DNA of 63,403 nt, filler included, from Octopus bimaculoides (Eukaryota): NCBI RefSeq assembly GCF_001194135.2. It is 8 parts of 6 records of this genome, joined end to end, with 100 filler letters (N's around TTAATTAATTAA, not from the genome) between each part and the next. Parts side by side here need not be neighbours in the genome. Positions count along the whole stretch, not along the records: positions 34,304 to 37,857 come from NC_068996.1; positions 37,958 to 46,530 come from NC_069005.1; positions 46,631 to 57,746 come from NC_068986.1; 5 more parts are not named here. One strand, given 5' to 3'. This document shows, piece after piece, positions 35,459 through 49,599 of the stretch. The notes below the pieces were generated by a model that was given only the letters and a program-made list of their open reading frames with translations, searched no databases and was not told the origin of the DNA. Numbering within the stretch: the stretch's first letter is position 1; the number at the start of each line of letters is the position of its first letter. Position numbers and translations under genes: made by a program.

Positions 35459-36480
35459 CTAAAAGGTTTATTTGGCAAGTAACTTGGTAGTTTTCGACAA
35501 TGTAAACTTTTGCTATTTTGAATTTCATGTAGTTACATGTTATCTTTTGCATGCAATTTCTTTTTGTATTTTTTTTTCTATTTTTTTTTGTTGCTATATT
35601 TTGTATCTGCCGGTTCTTAAATTGTAAGATTGAGTTTTGCATTCGGATAACTGCACCAATCTTCCGTTATGAATCTGGCCTTTTAGACTGAAAAACTCTT
35701 GAAAAAAAAAAAAAAATGAGTAACTAAAACCCTCCTAAGAACTGGTTCTAGAATTCCGTCTTACGTTTCTAGAATGAAAGAAACATCGCTGGGTGTATTT
35801 TCCTAATACTCTGGTAAAATACTGCCGTTTGCATGATTCATCGTATATTTATCGAAAGGAACGAAACGTGCACGCTGGGACATAAATGTACTTTTGGGAA
35901 AAACGCTTATCTTCTTTTCAGTCGAATGTTGAATAACAGACGTCGAAGGACAGCTTGCTTATAATAATGTTACATGAATTTAAACATAACTTAAGGGAAG
36001 AAATGGAATTTTTTTTTAAATAAGGATTATGANNNNNNNNNNNNNNNNNNNNNNNNNNNNNNNNNNNNNNNNNNNNNNNNNNNNNNNNNNNNNNNNNNNN
36101 NNNNNNNNNNNNNNNNNNNNNNNNNNNNNNNNNNNNNNNNNNNNNNNNNNNNNNNNNNNNNNNNNNNNNNNNNNNNNNNNNNNNNNNNNNNNNNNNNNNN
36201 NNNNNNNNNNNNNNNNNNNNNNNNNNNNNNNNNNNNNNNNNNNNNNNNNNNNNNNNNNNNNNNNNNNNNNNNNNNNNNNNNNNNNNNNNNNNNNNNNNNN
36301 NNNNNNNNNNNNNNNNNNNNNNNNNNNNNNNNNNNNNNNNNNNNNNNNNNNNNNNNNNNNNNNNNNNNNNNNNNNNNNNNNNNNNNNNNNNNNNNNNNNN
36401 NNNNNNNNNNNNNNNNNNNNNNNNNNNNNNNNNNNNNNNNNNNNNNNNNNNNNNNNNNNNNNNNNNNNNNNNNNNNNNNN

Positions 36481-36742
36481 CTAAGAATTTCGCCCAGCGC
36501 GCTAACGATTCTGCCAGCGCTTGTTGCGGGTAATATTCTTTTCTACTCTCGGCACAAGGCCCGAAATTTTGGGGGAAATTTTGGATCGACCCTAACATGC
36601 AACTGGTTCTTAATTTATCGACCCCGAAAGCATGAAAGGCAAAGTCGACCTCAGCGGAATTTGAACTCAGAACGTAATGACGGGCGAAATACCGGTAAGC
36701 ATTTCACCCAACATGCTAACGATTCTGCCAGCTCACCACCCT
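36481..36742 (-). mobile_element. Two tandem tRNA-derived SINE pieces (family of 3379-3612)
   Basis: ttcttttctactctcggcacaaggcccgaaatttt...ggaatttgaactcagaacgt...gattctgccagctcaccacc. Confidence 0.75.
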
Positions 36743-37213
36743 TGTGGCGAATAATATTTTGATATGAAAGTTTCCAGTGACTTCGTTTCATTCTAAAATA
36801 ATTAAGAGCGATGAAAGACCACCTTTTCACTTTCACATCTTAATCCTTCCTTTCAGGCATCAGCTTCTGTTATCTAATACAGATTTCAATGATATACAGT
36901 ACGTTATCTGATAAATATTTGGATGTCAGCGCTGTCACGTGGAACCAAGCATAGATGCTTCTTTGTTGGTTCCTTTACTATCATTGTTGGTGCTGTCATA
37001 TAATTAGCAATCATAGATTATCACTTTATTTTCGGAATTATAGCAGGTAATTATCCATTCTAACAGTATGAATAGGTCCTGTTTCAAGAATGTGATAATA
37101 TATCTTTTATTGGATTATTACTAGATTTCAACATCATAAATGTGGTTCAATATTATTTATACTACCTTATAAATATAGAATATGCCACCGAAGGTGATAC
37201 TCAGATGTAGACA

Positions 37214-37287
<74 letters not shown>

Positions 37288-38624
37288 CACATATATATAA
37301 CTCTGTCACTCTCTCCCCCTCACTCCTACTCCCTTGCTCACGTGGTTCCCACGTGACCATCGGCCATCTTTCTTTCTTACAACTTATGTTTCTTTCTTTC
37401 TCTCCGTTGTAGCTGGTTCAAGGATGATGTGTTTTTGTTTGTCTCGTGTCCAAGTTTGATTTACGCGTTCGCCACCACAACCCCGTTTAGGCTTAGAAGC
37501 CCTTCCTGTTTGTATTACCTATTTTGACCCTCCGCAAAATCCTGAATTTTATTTTATTTGGTTTGCGGAAAGTGTATATTGTTGTTAAATGCTCGAAATA
37601 CGAGACTAGTAATACAGCCAACAACTGATAAAGGGTCGTTCGTTATGCTGATTGTTTTGTTTTCCATTTGTTTGTTTCGTTGTTCGAGAGAATAGCTCAT
37701 GTTCTATGTACTCGAGCATCGTATTTTTTTGTACACGTTTCGTGACATCCTGAGCCCACTTACATATATATATACGTATAGGTGTATGTACATATACGTA
37801 TGTCTATATGAACATATATATATATACATATATATGTGTATATATATATATATATATNNNNNNNNNNNNNNNNNNNNNNNNNNNNNNNNNNNNNNNNNNN
37901 NTTAATTAATTAANNNNNNNNNNNNNNNNNNNNNNNNNNNNNNNNNNNNNNNNNNNNATATATATATATATATATATACATACATACATACATATATGTG
38001 TATATGTATGTATGTCTATATACACACATATTTATCATGTGTATACACGTGTGTATAGTGCAATATTGATCATTCAAATATAAGACAGATATTAATGTTG
38101 ATTGTAACGATGGGAGATGGAGGGAGGCAAGTTTTTTTTTCGATATTTCACAAATCGTGCTGGTATGCTGATGTCGTCCATGTTGTTACATTGTCCCTAT
38201 ATCGTGCCGTTGGCTTTGACAGTTCGCATTCACTCTAATGATGCTACGCAGTCGCTGACAATAACTTTTATTTAACATAGACTCAATCGCAGCAACACAG
38301 TTCGCCTTAGCTATAAATATGTTCCGTATGTGAGCTGTCAGATACAAGTGTGTTTGTGTTACTCCAGCTCTCCTTTGGAGCGTATGTGTGCGTACCTCTG
38401 TGTTAGATCGTGTGTTTGTGTGGACACATCTTTGTATGTGCTTGCTTGTGTGTGGTTATGTGTGCGCAAGCGTGTGAGTGTGTTTGTATGTGTGTCTTTG
38501 TGAATGTGTGTGCGTGTGTATGCATGTTGTATGTATTGGAGCTTATGTATGTATGCGATCTTTCGGCACACATGTTTTTGTACGGTATGTGTCCATTTCT
38601 CCGTTAGGATGTAAGTGTATTTTT

Positions 38625-38830
38625 ATTACTTCAGTCATTAGACTGCGGCCATGCTGGGGCACCGCCTTGAAGAATTTCTTAGTCGAATGTGTTGACCCCA
38701 TAAGTTATTTCTATTAAAGCCTGGTACTTATTCTATCAGTCTCTTTTGCGGAACTACTAAGTTAAGGTGATATTAACACACCAGCACCGGTTGTCAAGCG
38801 GTGGTGAGAAGAATAAACAAAGACACAAAG
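38625..38830 (-). mobile_element. SINE 3' half
   Basis: tcagtcattagactgcggccatgctggggcaccgcctt...acaccagcaccggttgtcaagcg. Confidence 0.7.
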
Positions 38831-39212
38831 ACACGCTCACACATATATATATGATTGGACCATGTCAGGTGGGGGAGAAGAGCCATGCGAGGAACGTGAA
38901 AATTATGGTGGTGCACCAGCATGACCGCAGCCACTTGGCTGAAACACATAAATAAATAAATAAATAAAAATACANNNNNNNNNNNNNNNNNNNNNNNNNN
39001 NNNNNNNNNNNNNNNNNNNNNNNNNNNNNNNNNNNNNNNNNNNNNNNNNNNNNNNNNNNNNNNNNNNNNNNNNNNNNNNNNNNNNNNNNNNNNNNNNNNN
39101 NNNNNNNNNNNNNNNNNNNNNNNNNNNNNNNNNNNNNNNNNNNNNNNNNNNNNNNNNNNNNNNNNNNNNNNNNNNNNNNATATATATATATATATACATA
39201 CATACATACACA

Positions 39213-39350
39213 CGACGGGTTTCTTTCAGTTTCCGTCCACTAAATCCACTCACAAGACTTTGGTTGACCCAAGGTACCACGCAGTGGGACTGAACCCTGA
39301 AACATGAGGTTGGAAAGCAAACTTTTTCGTATACAACCACGCCTGCACCT
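39213..39350 (-). mobile_element. SINE head (family of 15189-15345)
   Basis: cgacgggtttctttcagtttccgtc...gcagtgggactgaacc. Confidence 0.7.
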
Positions 39351-39879
39351 GTACGTTTCTGTATATGTGTGCGTGTTGGGGCTTATGTATGCACTCGTGT
39401 TGGCAAGCACGTGCGTGCATGATCTATGTGCATTTGTCTGCTGGGAAATGTGCATATAGTTATGCATGCATTTCTGTGCATGCGTGAGTATGTGTGATTG
39501 CGTGTAAGGGGTTGTTTATAAGTGTTTGTTTGTAACAACGTTTGCTTATTTGTATTTGTGTGTGTGTATGCATGGGTGTGTTATACATATGTATGTTTCT
39601 GCTATGGGTTGTGCACACGTATGTTAGCGTTCATCTGCTTCTGTTTCAATAACAAGAACCCAATATATTTCTTACTGCGATGAAGGTTTAAATTCGAAAC
39701 GTCAGAAATTCTGCCACCAACACCTCTGAAGAGCATTACACTGACTTAAGTAATACTACTTTTGTAGCAATAAATACAATTTCTGCTGATATACGCCGCA
39801 GCAGACCGTAAATGTGAATGTGTGTCTATGTGTTGTGCGTATGCATACATACAGATATACATACATACATATTAGTAGC

Positions 39880-40800
39880 ACCGACAGAGAGCTCCTTCAA
39901 ACGCAGTCGCCGTATGCGAGACTGCCACTTCTGTATTGCCCTTCTCTTCGACTCATAGGTCTACACTTAGAGAGGTACCATCCACTCTTGTCATTTTCGT
40001 AACTTTCACCCATTTTTCTATAAACTCGGTCGAGGATAGCACTTCTCTCTCCACTCTCAATTTCCTTTTCAAGTGAAACTTGACGAAGTCAATGACAGCT
40101 CTACAAAAGAGGAGTGTATCTATCCTCATGCATTTCAGCCTTGTCCACGAGGACAGCACTGCCTTCTCCACTCTCAATTTCCCTTTCAAGTGAAACTTGA
40201 AGAAGTCAATGACATCTCTACAAAAGAGGAGTGTATCTATCCTCATGCATTTCAGCCTTGTCCGCCAAACAACCTCTTTCGCCACAGCCATCAGGCAAAG
40301 GAAAACTGCTGTGCCTGCCCGATTGAGGGAGGGCGGCGGTGCGATCATCACTACAGACTCGGACGATAGACTAATCCGTCCCACACGTGACAGCAACTGT
40401 TCGACATAACCCCACAAGAAGTCAGTAATGCCCGGATAATGAACGAGGGCGTGCTGAAGGGTTTTGTCATTTTGCGCTCACCTCGGATAAGTCCGTCTGA
40501 CAACACATCCGTACCTATAGAGTTTATCTCGAACCAGCAGCATTGCCAGGCCAAGGACATCTGGAAATTGTCCATGATAGTTCCCGACCGGAAAGTCCTT
40601 CGGAACAGACTAGCCAGTTCGTTCTTGTCAGAGCCCAGAGTCTCCCCGAGAACGTCGTTTCACTTTCCCGCCACTAATCCTTTATAGATTTCTAAATTGG
40701 AACATCCACCGATCCCATTGCCCGACTGACGATATTCTAGGTGCCAGAATCCATAACAAGAAAAGTAGTCCAGGTACTACAAAAAATGACGGATATGGCA
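39880..40800 (-). mobile_element. Tx1/L1-like LINE 3' end with a 117-bp in-frame duplication
   Basis: LWGYVEQLL...FLCLMAVAKEVVWRTRLK...FFKFHLK, preceded by a Cys/His knuckle-like region; duplication at 40030-40263. Confidence 0.65.
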
Positions 40801-40859
40801 AGATTCTCAACTTCCGGTTAAAATATTTCACAGGAATACATAAGGAGAAAGCAGAGAAT

Positions 40860-42265
40860 TTTAATGAAATGCTGACTGAACCAGACAGTACCCGAGTGAT
40901 TCACTGTATAGAAAGCCATCTTAATTACTAAACTTACAGAAACCACAAATCCCAAAACTACGGACCCATTCAAAGCCTTGACTTCGATTATATTGCAGAG
41001 AGTGAACAAACGTCTGGAAGAAAACAATCTGTTTCCAGAAGAGCAAAACAGATTCAGCAAATGCCTATACGGCTGTAAAGATCAATAATTGATCAACAGA
41101 GCTATAATCGAAGATTGCCAAAAGAAAAGGAAGGGCCATATCATGGGATGGATTGACTACCGGAACGCTATTTATAATACTCCTTCACACATGGATCCTG
41201 GAAACACAAGACATAAAACATCTCATGAAACATATGTTGTTGGCACTCCGTCGCTTACGACGTCGAGGGTTCCAGTTGATGCGATCAACGGAACAGCCTG
41301 TTCGTGAAATTAACATACAAGTGGCTGAGCACTCCACAGACACATGTACCCTTAACGTAGTTCTCGGGGATATTCAGCGTGACACAGAGTGTGACAAGGC
41401 TGACCCTTTGAATTACAGGCACAACAGAAACAGGAAGTAAGAGTGAGAGAAAGTTGTGGTGAAAGAGTACAGCAGGGTTCGCCACCATCCCCTGCCGGAG
41501 CCTAGTGAGGCTTTTAGGTGTTTCCGCTCAATAAACACTCACAACACCCGGTCTGGGAATCGAAACCGCGATCCTATGACCGCGAGTCCGCTGCCCTAAC
41601 CACTGGGCCATTGCGCCTCCACCATGAAACATATGAATAAANNNNNNNNNNNNNNNNNNNNNNNNNNNNNNNNNNNNNNNNNNNNNNNNNNNNNNNNNNN
41701 NNNNNNNNNNNNNNNNNNNNNNNNNNNNNNNNNNNNNNNNNNNNNNNNNNNNNNNNNNNNNNNNNNNNNNNNNNNNNNNNNNNNNNNNNTTTTTTTTTTT
41801 TTTTTTTTACATGGATGATCTCGAGGCGTATGCTGCAAATGCTACGCAACTCGATACATTACTGCAGCCAATACCAAAAGTAATAAATATGAAATTCGGC
41901 TTAGAAAATATGCCGAAATGACGTTGAAGAGAAGCAGATTTAAAGTACTAGTATCATATTAGATAAAGAAACTGAGATAGCTAACTTAGATTAGAGCAAA
42001 ACAGTTGTACAAATATTTTGGAATCGATGAACTAAATAGTGCACAACACGCGAATGAAAGAAAAGATTGAGACAGAATATTATAGACAGATTGATATTTA
42101 AATTAAGATTACAAGAGTAGTTCCGGTAATAAGCTACAGTTTTAATATCGGACGCTAAACGAAGTAGCTCAGCTAGACAGGAAAAGAAGGAAAATAATGA
42201 CAGCATTTAAAATACACCAACCATAATCTAATATTGATAGATTATACTTATCAAAAATAAAAACC
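40860..42265 (+). mobile_element. R4/Dong RT fragment, interrupted by a SINE and a gap
   Basis: LFPEEQNR...YGCKDQ*LINRAIIEDC, WIDYRNA, YMDDLEAYA, MKFGLE. Confidence 0.8.
41225..41625 (-). mobile_element. Full-length tRNA-derived SINE
   Basis: ggtggaggcgcaatggcccagtggttagggcagcggactcgcggtcataggatcgcggtttcgattccc (A and B boxes) plus a long body. Confidence 0.8.
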
Positions 42266-42347
42266 GTACAGATATTATACAATTAGACGGACGAAATGCT
42301 GCCACGCGCTTTGCCCGGCGTGTTAACGTTTCTGACAGCTCACCGCC

Positions 42348-42417
<70 letters not shown>

Positions 42418-42465
42418 TAATATTAATAATAATAATATTATTTATAATAATAATAATAATGCCAC

Positions 42466-42765
42466 GATGCAGTACCAAGCAGTGGCTCTCATGGCTTCTC
42501 ATCTTAACTGATTGGAAGTGTTATCATGTACATGTTTTTGTTTTGGTATAAAAGATGGGCTACAGCAAATATTCTGATCAATACCACAGATTTGCTTGTC
42601 AGTTGTTTGTCCTTAACCAGTTGAGCATGTCCCTTAGTGGCTGTCGATATATGCATCTCTGATCACGAGCAGAAGTAGTAGGGGAGTATCATGATGGATA
42701 TATTGGGCTTCGTATATTTGTACCCCAGTGTCACTTTGATGACATGCGCTGCTCTCTCGCTCAAT
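42466..42765 (+). repeat. Interspersed SINE-like repeat (second copy at 48590-48780)
   Basis: Both copies share agcaaatattctg..caataccaca.atttgcttg and catctctgatca.gag.agaagtagt.gggg. Confidence 0.65.
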
Positions 42766-42804
42766 AATAACAAGAATAATTTATTATTATTATTATTATC
42801 ATCA

Positions 42805-42844
<40 letters not shown>

Positions 42845-42899
42845 GATTATTATTGTAATCATTATTATATCACCTTACAAAGAAGAGACAAAGGAACAC

Positions 42900-44380
42900 T
42901 GGAGAGATATTTGACGCCAAGAAGTGAAACACAATGGCGATGCAGAATGGTTGAAAATGATAAAGGCAAATAGCGAAGATTTGACAAAACAAAGAGACAC
43001 AGGGTTCACAAGAGAAAAGTTCCGTAATATGGTGCAAGGGATGCCAAATTTGAAATTTCTAGGACCAGATTTGGTCCATGGGATTTTGACTGAAACGTTT
43101 CATTGCACTTCACGACAGAATGAGTACATAGCTAAATAGATATATTGAGAGAATTGATGTTTCCGAATGGGTGGCGAAGGCAGGACGCGGTGCTGATAGG
43201 GAAAGATCAAAACAAATGAAATAAAGCAAGTGACTACCGATCAAGGACATGTTTCCCACTGATGTGGAAGTCGTTAACAGCCGTTATTGCAGGAGTGAAA
43301 GTTATAAGAGGCAACGCAAGTATTAAATTTTGAATAGATAAGTGTTCAGTGCTAGTAATAAGGGGAGGGGGAAATATCCAACTCAGAAAGGAATAAACTC
43401 ATTGATGAAACAACAGTCAAATAGAGGCGACAGTACCTGTGATGTATTGAGGGCAGATAGAACTCTCTGTCAAGAAATTAAGAAGGTGAGAAATTAATAT
43501 TTCAGGATATTGGAAAGGGTGCTTTGCTCAAAACTGAATGGAAATGAAGGCATTTCTGTCGTAAACACATGGGTGGTGTATCTAATACAATATTTTGCTG
43601 CTTTCTTGAGCTGGATTAGGGAAGAACTAAGAGACACAGGCTGTAACACCACAAAGACATGGACCATGTATAAGTCGTTACATCCTAGAGACAACGTTGA
43701 TAGGTTACCCCTACCACAGAAACGGGGAGAGAGAGAAAGAGAGAGGACTGGTGCCGATAGAAGACTGCGTGGAGATGGCAGAATGTAATATAGAAGTGTC
43801 TGTGAGGAAATAGCACGAAGCTTCCAGAGGAGAGGAGAAAGAAGCTGGGGAGAGAGCGAAAGGATAAAAGAAAATAAGAAAAGAGGGGCGAGAAAGAAAT
43901 ATCTGGGAAAGAGAACTGCACGGTCAGCGTCTCAGATAAACGCAGGACCTCGCAGCAGAGGAATCTTGGTTATGGCTGAAAACTGGAGAACTTATAAAAG
44001 AAACGGAAGGTCTCATTATGGTTGATCAATGCCAGGCGTATTGCAAACGAATGTTATTAAGGCAAGAGTAGACAGAAGCGTGGAAAGTGCCAAGCGAAGA
44101 ATGTGTAACAAAAAGGATGAAGTCGACTGTGCGTTTAGGTTTTTGTATCTCTTTGCCGCAGAAAGAGTATAGACGCATACACGGTTGTGTAACCAACCAT
44201 TACATTGGGGCATATTATTGTGAAGGGGGTTTCAAGCTAGAGAGAAAATGGAACGAAACACTAGCCGGAGAGTATGACAGACAATTATCAATTTAATGTC
44301 TTTTGAGACAGCATTGTTCCTCAGACCGGTCATGAAATTCAGGGCAGACGATCAAGTATCAAGGGAGGGGTGCATCATCA
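42900..44380 (+). mobile_element. R4/Dong LINE remnant flanked by (TTA)n and (TAA)n
   Basis: HNGDAEWL, MPNLKFLGPDLVHG, PLMWKSLT, SKLNGNE...NTW, HPRDNVDRL, WLKTGELIKETEGLI. Confidence 0.8.
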
Positions 44381-44622
44381 GAGATGTGGCTGTGCATCCC
44401 ATATAATAGTAATAATAATAATAATAATAATAGTAATAATAATAATAATGATAATGATAATAATATCAGAATATCTCAACCAGAATCTGTCACCATCACA
44501 TCAAGTTTTGAACAGACCCACAATACAGGATCTATGGAAGATATGAAAAGGAAAACACATTATGTCAGGATGACTGGAACTAACAAAGACCGAACACATA
44601 CACTGTGCCTAGTGCCTACGTA

Positions 44623-44669
<47 letters not shown>

Positions 44670-45902
44670 TATATATATATATATATANNNNNNNNNNNNN
44701 NNNNNNNNNNNNNNNNNNNNNNNNNNNNNNNNNNNNNNNNNNNNNNNNNNNNNNNNNNNNNNNNNNNNNNNNNNNNNNNNNNNNNNNNNNNNNNNNNNNN
44801 NNNNNNNNNNNNNNNNNNNNNNNNNNNNNNNNNNNNNNNNNNNNNNNNNNNNNNNNNNNNNNNNNNNNNNNNNNNNNNNNNNNNNNNNNNNNNNNNNNNN
44901 NNNNNNNNNNNNNNNNNNNNNNNNNNNNNNNNNNNNNNNNNNNNNNNNNNNNNNNNNNNNNNNNNNNNNNNNNNNNNNNNNNNNNNNNNNNNNNNNNNNN
45001 NNNNNNNNNNNNNNNNNNNNNNNNNNNNNNNNNNNNNNNNNNNNNNNNNNNNNNNNNNNNNNNNNNNNNNNNNNNNNNNNNNNNNNNNNNNNNNNNNNNN
45101 NNNNNNNNNNNNNNNNNNNNNNNNNNNNNNNNNNNNNNNNNNNNNNNNNNNNNNNNNNNNNNNNNNNNNNNNNNNNNNNNNNNNNNNNNNNNNNNNNNNN
45201 NNNNNNNNNNNNNNNNNNNNNNNNNNNNNNNNNNNNNNNNNNNNNNNNNNNNNNNNNNNNNNNNNNNNNNNNNNNNNNNNNNNNNNNNNNNNNNNNNNNN
45301 NNNNNNNNNNNNNNNNNNNNNNNNNNNNNNNNNNNNNNNNNNNNNNNNNNNNNNNNNNNNNNNNNNNNNNNNNNNNNNNNNNNNNNNNNNNNNNNNNNNN
45401 NNNNNNNNNNNNNNNNNNNNNNNNNNNNNNNNNNNNNNNNNNNNNNNNNNNNNNNNNNNNNNNNNNNNNNNNNNNNNNNNNNNNNNNNNNNNNNNNNNNN
45501 NNNNNNNNNNNNNNNNNNNTATATATAAGGAATAAAAGTTTTGAATGGTACAACAATGCACTATAATACAAAAAAATGGACTATATACCTGTTGTAATTT
45601 AGTTATCTATAGTCCGATGATATTTCGGAATACAATTCCTTCTTCAGATATTCTTAGATGGAGTCTCAGCCGTTGGAAAACAGTGTATCTATATCGGACT
45701 ATAGATAACTAAATTACAAGAGGTATATAGTCCATTTCTTGTATTGTAGTGCATTGTTGTACCATTCAAAACTTTTATTCTTTACAAGCAATACAGAATG
45801 CTTCAAGCTAACTACAATACTCTCATATATATATATATATATATANNNNNNNNNNACATGCTCGCATGCATACATACATACATACAAACAAACAAACAAA
45901 AA

Positions 45903-46210
45903 CAACTTGTTGATGTTGAAATTCCAATGAACAAGCCTTGGATCTAGGTTAGAAACCGGCTCTTTCTCTATTGGCAAGAAATCTTGAAATAAAACTGAAC
46001 AATGACATACACACACATACATACATACATACATGCTCTCATACATACATATATACATACATACATACATACATACATACATACATGCATACATACAAGA
46101 CTGCTCTGTTTGATGTTGTCTAAATTCCAACGAAAGAGACTTGTTTCTAGGTTAAAAGTCGACTCTTTTTTTCTCGTGATGTGAAATAGAAGAAGAAAAT
46201 AGTAAAGCCA
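45903..46210 (+). mobile_element. Two short retroelement-like 3' tails embedded in (CATA)n
   Basis: 45903-46010 matches 6055-6160 (tgttgatgttgaaattccaatgaa...ttggatct.ggtt.gaaaccgg); 46098-46210 is a more diverged relative. Confidence 0.55.
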
Positions 46211-46479
46211 CATACACACACACGTACACATATACGCACAAGCACACACATACCTACGTACATACACACAATCTTACATATACATACATACAAACATTCA
46301 TACACCGTTCGAGTGTTCGTACGTACAGTCATACGTATATACATCAATGCACACATACGTAAGTGATGTGTGACAATGCACTTAACAGAGAGTTAAGTGC
46401 ATTGGCTTGAAACTTTCCTATTCATTCCGTTACTGTTTCTCCTCTTTGTTAAAAAAAAAGACATTTCTGCGCATTTATA

Positions 46480-46514
<35 letters not shown>

Positions 46515-46630
46515 ATCAATGTATATATATNNNNNNNNNNNNNNNNNNNNNNNNNNNNNNNNNNNNNNNNNNNNTTAATTAATTAANNNNNNNNNNNNNN
46601 NNNNNNNNNNNNNNNNNNNNNNNNNNNNNN

Positions 46631-46666
<36 letters not shown>

Positions 46667-46708
46667 TGGAAGAAAATTTAAAGAAAGAAAAAAAACAACA
46701 ACAACAAC

Positions 46709-46802
<94 letters not shown>

Positions 46803-47381
46803 TACATTTTAGATCCTGGGTGGAGAAGTGAGAAGGTAAAGTACATCGAGAGGGAAATAGAAAGTGTTAAAGAGAGTTAGACAGCGAAAGTCTGAAGTAA
46901 TAGACATAGTGAAGGGGCGGGTGGGCGTCAGAGAGAAAGAGAGAGAGAGAGGGAAAGAGAGAGAGAGCTAATAGATACGATATGTAGTCAGTGCGGATTA
47001 GACATGAGGCAATAAAGGCTGAACAGAGATACAGACTTAGTACGTAGATGTGTATACATAGACAATGTTATCTACAATGTGTTCGTTGTATTTTTCAGAT
47101 AATTAATCAAACGCAACGTATTAAACAAACAACAGAAATAGCTAGCTTATGTTATGAATGGAGCAAGGCGAAATGTAGACATAAATTATTAGTAACGGTG
47201 TTCAATGTATCTCATTCGTTTTGATACACGCATACACATACATACATGCATACACACTCTCTACACTGAAATACTCGTTCACGCGCATACATATATATGT
47301 GTATAGATACTGTAGTGTGTGCGTTTCTATACAGATGCATACATATACATACATATATACATAGACATATATGTATACATG

Positions 47382-47414
<33 letters not shown>

Positions 47415-47523
47415 GTATATATANNNNNNNNNNNNNNNNNNNNNNNNNNNNNNNNNNNNNNNNNNNNNNNNNNNNNNNNNNNNNNNNNNNNNNNNNNNNN
47501 NNNNNNNNNNNNNNNNNNNNNNN

Positions 47524-47561
<38 letters not shown>

Positions 47562-48162
47562 AATATATATAAATACACATACATATATATATACATGTAT
47601 AAATATATATATATATACATATATACACATATACATATATACTCACACAAACACGTTAATATATATACATGTGCATGAATGTATGTATACGTATTATGCA
47701 TGTACATGTATGCATAAATAAAAACGAACGCGCAAACATCAGACAAAGCTATAAAAATTTACAGCATGATCTCAGGTCGTATTCCTGGTAAATTAAAACA
47801 GTGTAAAAACCTAGCAAAAGCAGCGGGATATCATCGAATCATATCCAAAAAATATTCTATTGAATAACTCATCTATTTTTAAGAAGTGAATACGTGTCGT
47901 CCTGTTGTGCGTATGTCGACCTGGAACCGACATGAGTTACAATACAACTATTGATTATTATTAGACAAAGCTAACAAAGAACGGATAAAAACTTCAAAAG
48001 GGAAAGTCTTTGTGAAGAATAGAAATAAATCGCTTTGTGATAAATGCTTCAATGGGAAATAATCTGTGCTATTTCTCATTATTTAGTCAATATGCATAAA
48101 TAATGTTCTCATAAGTGGGCATAAAGCCTGAAGGAACGATCCTTTCAAGATAATCCTTTCAG

Positions 48163-48239
48163 AAATCGCAAACATTTTGCATGCTTTGTAATGATTAGCC
48201 CGGTTTTTCTAGCATGTTGGGGTTTCAGTTTCGAAAAGG
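48163..48239 (+). other. Candidate 77-nt exon (NRKHFACFVMISPVFLACWGFSFEK)
   Basis: cctttcAG acceptor, AGG|GTAAGT donor, one open frame with a hydrophobic stretch. Confidence 0.22.
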
Positions 48240-49054
48240 GTAAGTCACTAGTTTGCCGCTGCAAACTTTTGCAAAAGGCAACAGAAATATAAGAAAATAT
48301 TTGCATGAGGTTCCCGAACAGAAAAAGCTGATTCATCGTGTCGGTATATTAAAACATCACTTGCAGCCAACTGAAAAATCAATAATACATTACATATAAT
48401 GGTAAGAGTACATCAAATTGCTTTAAATACTGTATAGCAAAATTCATATTTCTGTTTGTCTTTGCTCAGTAAGTGATATTTCCTATTGGCTTCTATTTAG
48501 AAATCAAAACGAATGACTGCTATTCCCTCGAAAGTTTGCTTTTGGACACCAATGTTTCGATATTGGCCTTTCCATTACATTTCGGACAGTTTCAGCACTG
48601 AGTTGCTGAAGCAGAAATATCGTTAAAGCAAATATTCTGTCCAATACCACAAATTTGCTTGCTAGTTCCTTGACCTTAACTACGTGAGTATGTTTATTAG
48701 TCGCTACATCTCTGATCATGAGGAGAAGTAGTGGGGGAGCACAATAACCGTGGGATGAGAGGGATTCTTTGGGAATTGAATAAATGTAACAAAAGTAAAG
48801 TTTGAAGGAAACATTAGCCATTTTTCATACATTCTAGGAATAAAAATCGTGTTGTACAGAGTAATCGATACAGATAGATTAACGCTCAGAGTAGATCAAA
48901 TAACCAAAATTCAACAGCAAGCGAGAGATGACGCAATACAGGCAAACAAGAAATGGCTGCAGGAAACATAGCGATCGAGTTAAGAAAGCCAGAATAACAT
49001 AAAAGATGAACAGATGTTTGTTAATGTCAAAATGATATATAAATTAGCGTATAC

Positions 49055-49410
49055 AATGGCTGTGTGGTAAGAACCTTGCTTCCCTAACATGTGGCTCCAA
49101 CTTGAGTTCCACTGCGTGGAAACTTGGACGAGTGACTGCTTCTATAGACTCGGGCCGATCAAAGCCTTGTGGATAGATTTGGTAGACGGAAACTGAAAGC
49201 CCGTCAGGTATGTATATATACATGTGTGTGTGTGTGTATGTCCATTACCACTTGACAACCGGTGTTGGTGTGTCTACGTCCCCTAAAGAGACCTATACAA
49301 TAAGTATGAAGCTTAAAAAATAAGTCTTGGGGTCGATTCATGCGACTAAAAATTTAAGGCGGTGCCCCAGCATGACTGCAGGTCTAATGAGTGAAACAGG
49401 TAAAAATCAA
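49055..49410 (+). mobile_element. Near full-length tRNA-derived SINE (family of 15189-15345)
   Basis: ggctgtgtggtaagaaccttgcttccc...gacggaaactgaaagcccgtc...cttgacaaccgg...ggcggtgccccagcatg. Confidence 0.75.
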
Positions 49411-49599
49411 AAGTTAAAGAAAAGTAAATAAGGAAGCATAAAGACGGGAAAATGAAAGTGATAATAAGTTCCTCATAGGTAGGTAGATATCTGGAGGGTT
49501 GATATTACTACTATAGCTACACTGTTGTCTCTATCATCTATGTATTCTATCGCTTGGGTATTCTGTCATCTGCGTATTCTTCTTTCACTCCCCTTTTTC

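Noticed and set aside
36942-36974. Small hairpin ggaaccaagcat...atgc...ttggttcc
   Set aside because: Too short and too bulged for a pre-miRNA; single copy with no other support.
41560-41625. tRNA-like sequence (A and B boxes); similar heads at 2830-2890, 3379-3470 and 50925-50990
   Set aside because: SINE heads continuing into repeat bodies, with no complete cloverleaf or acceptor stem.
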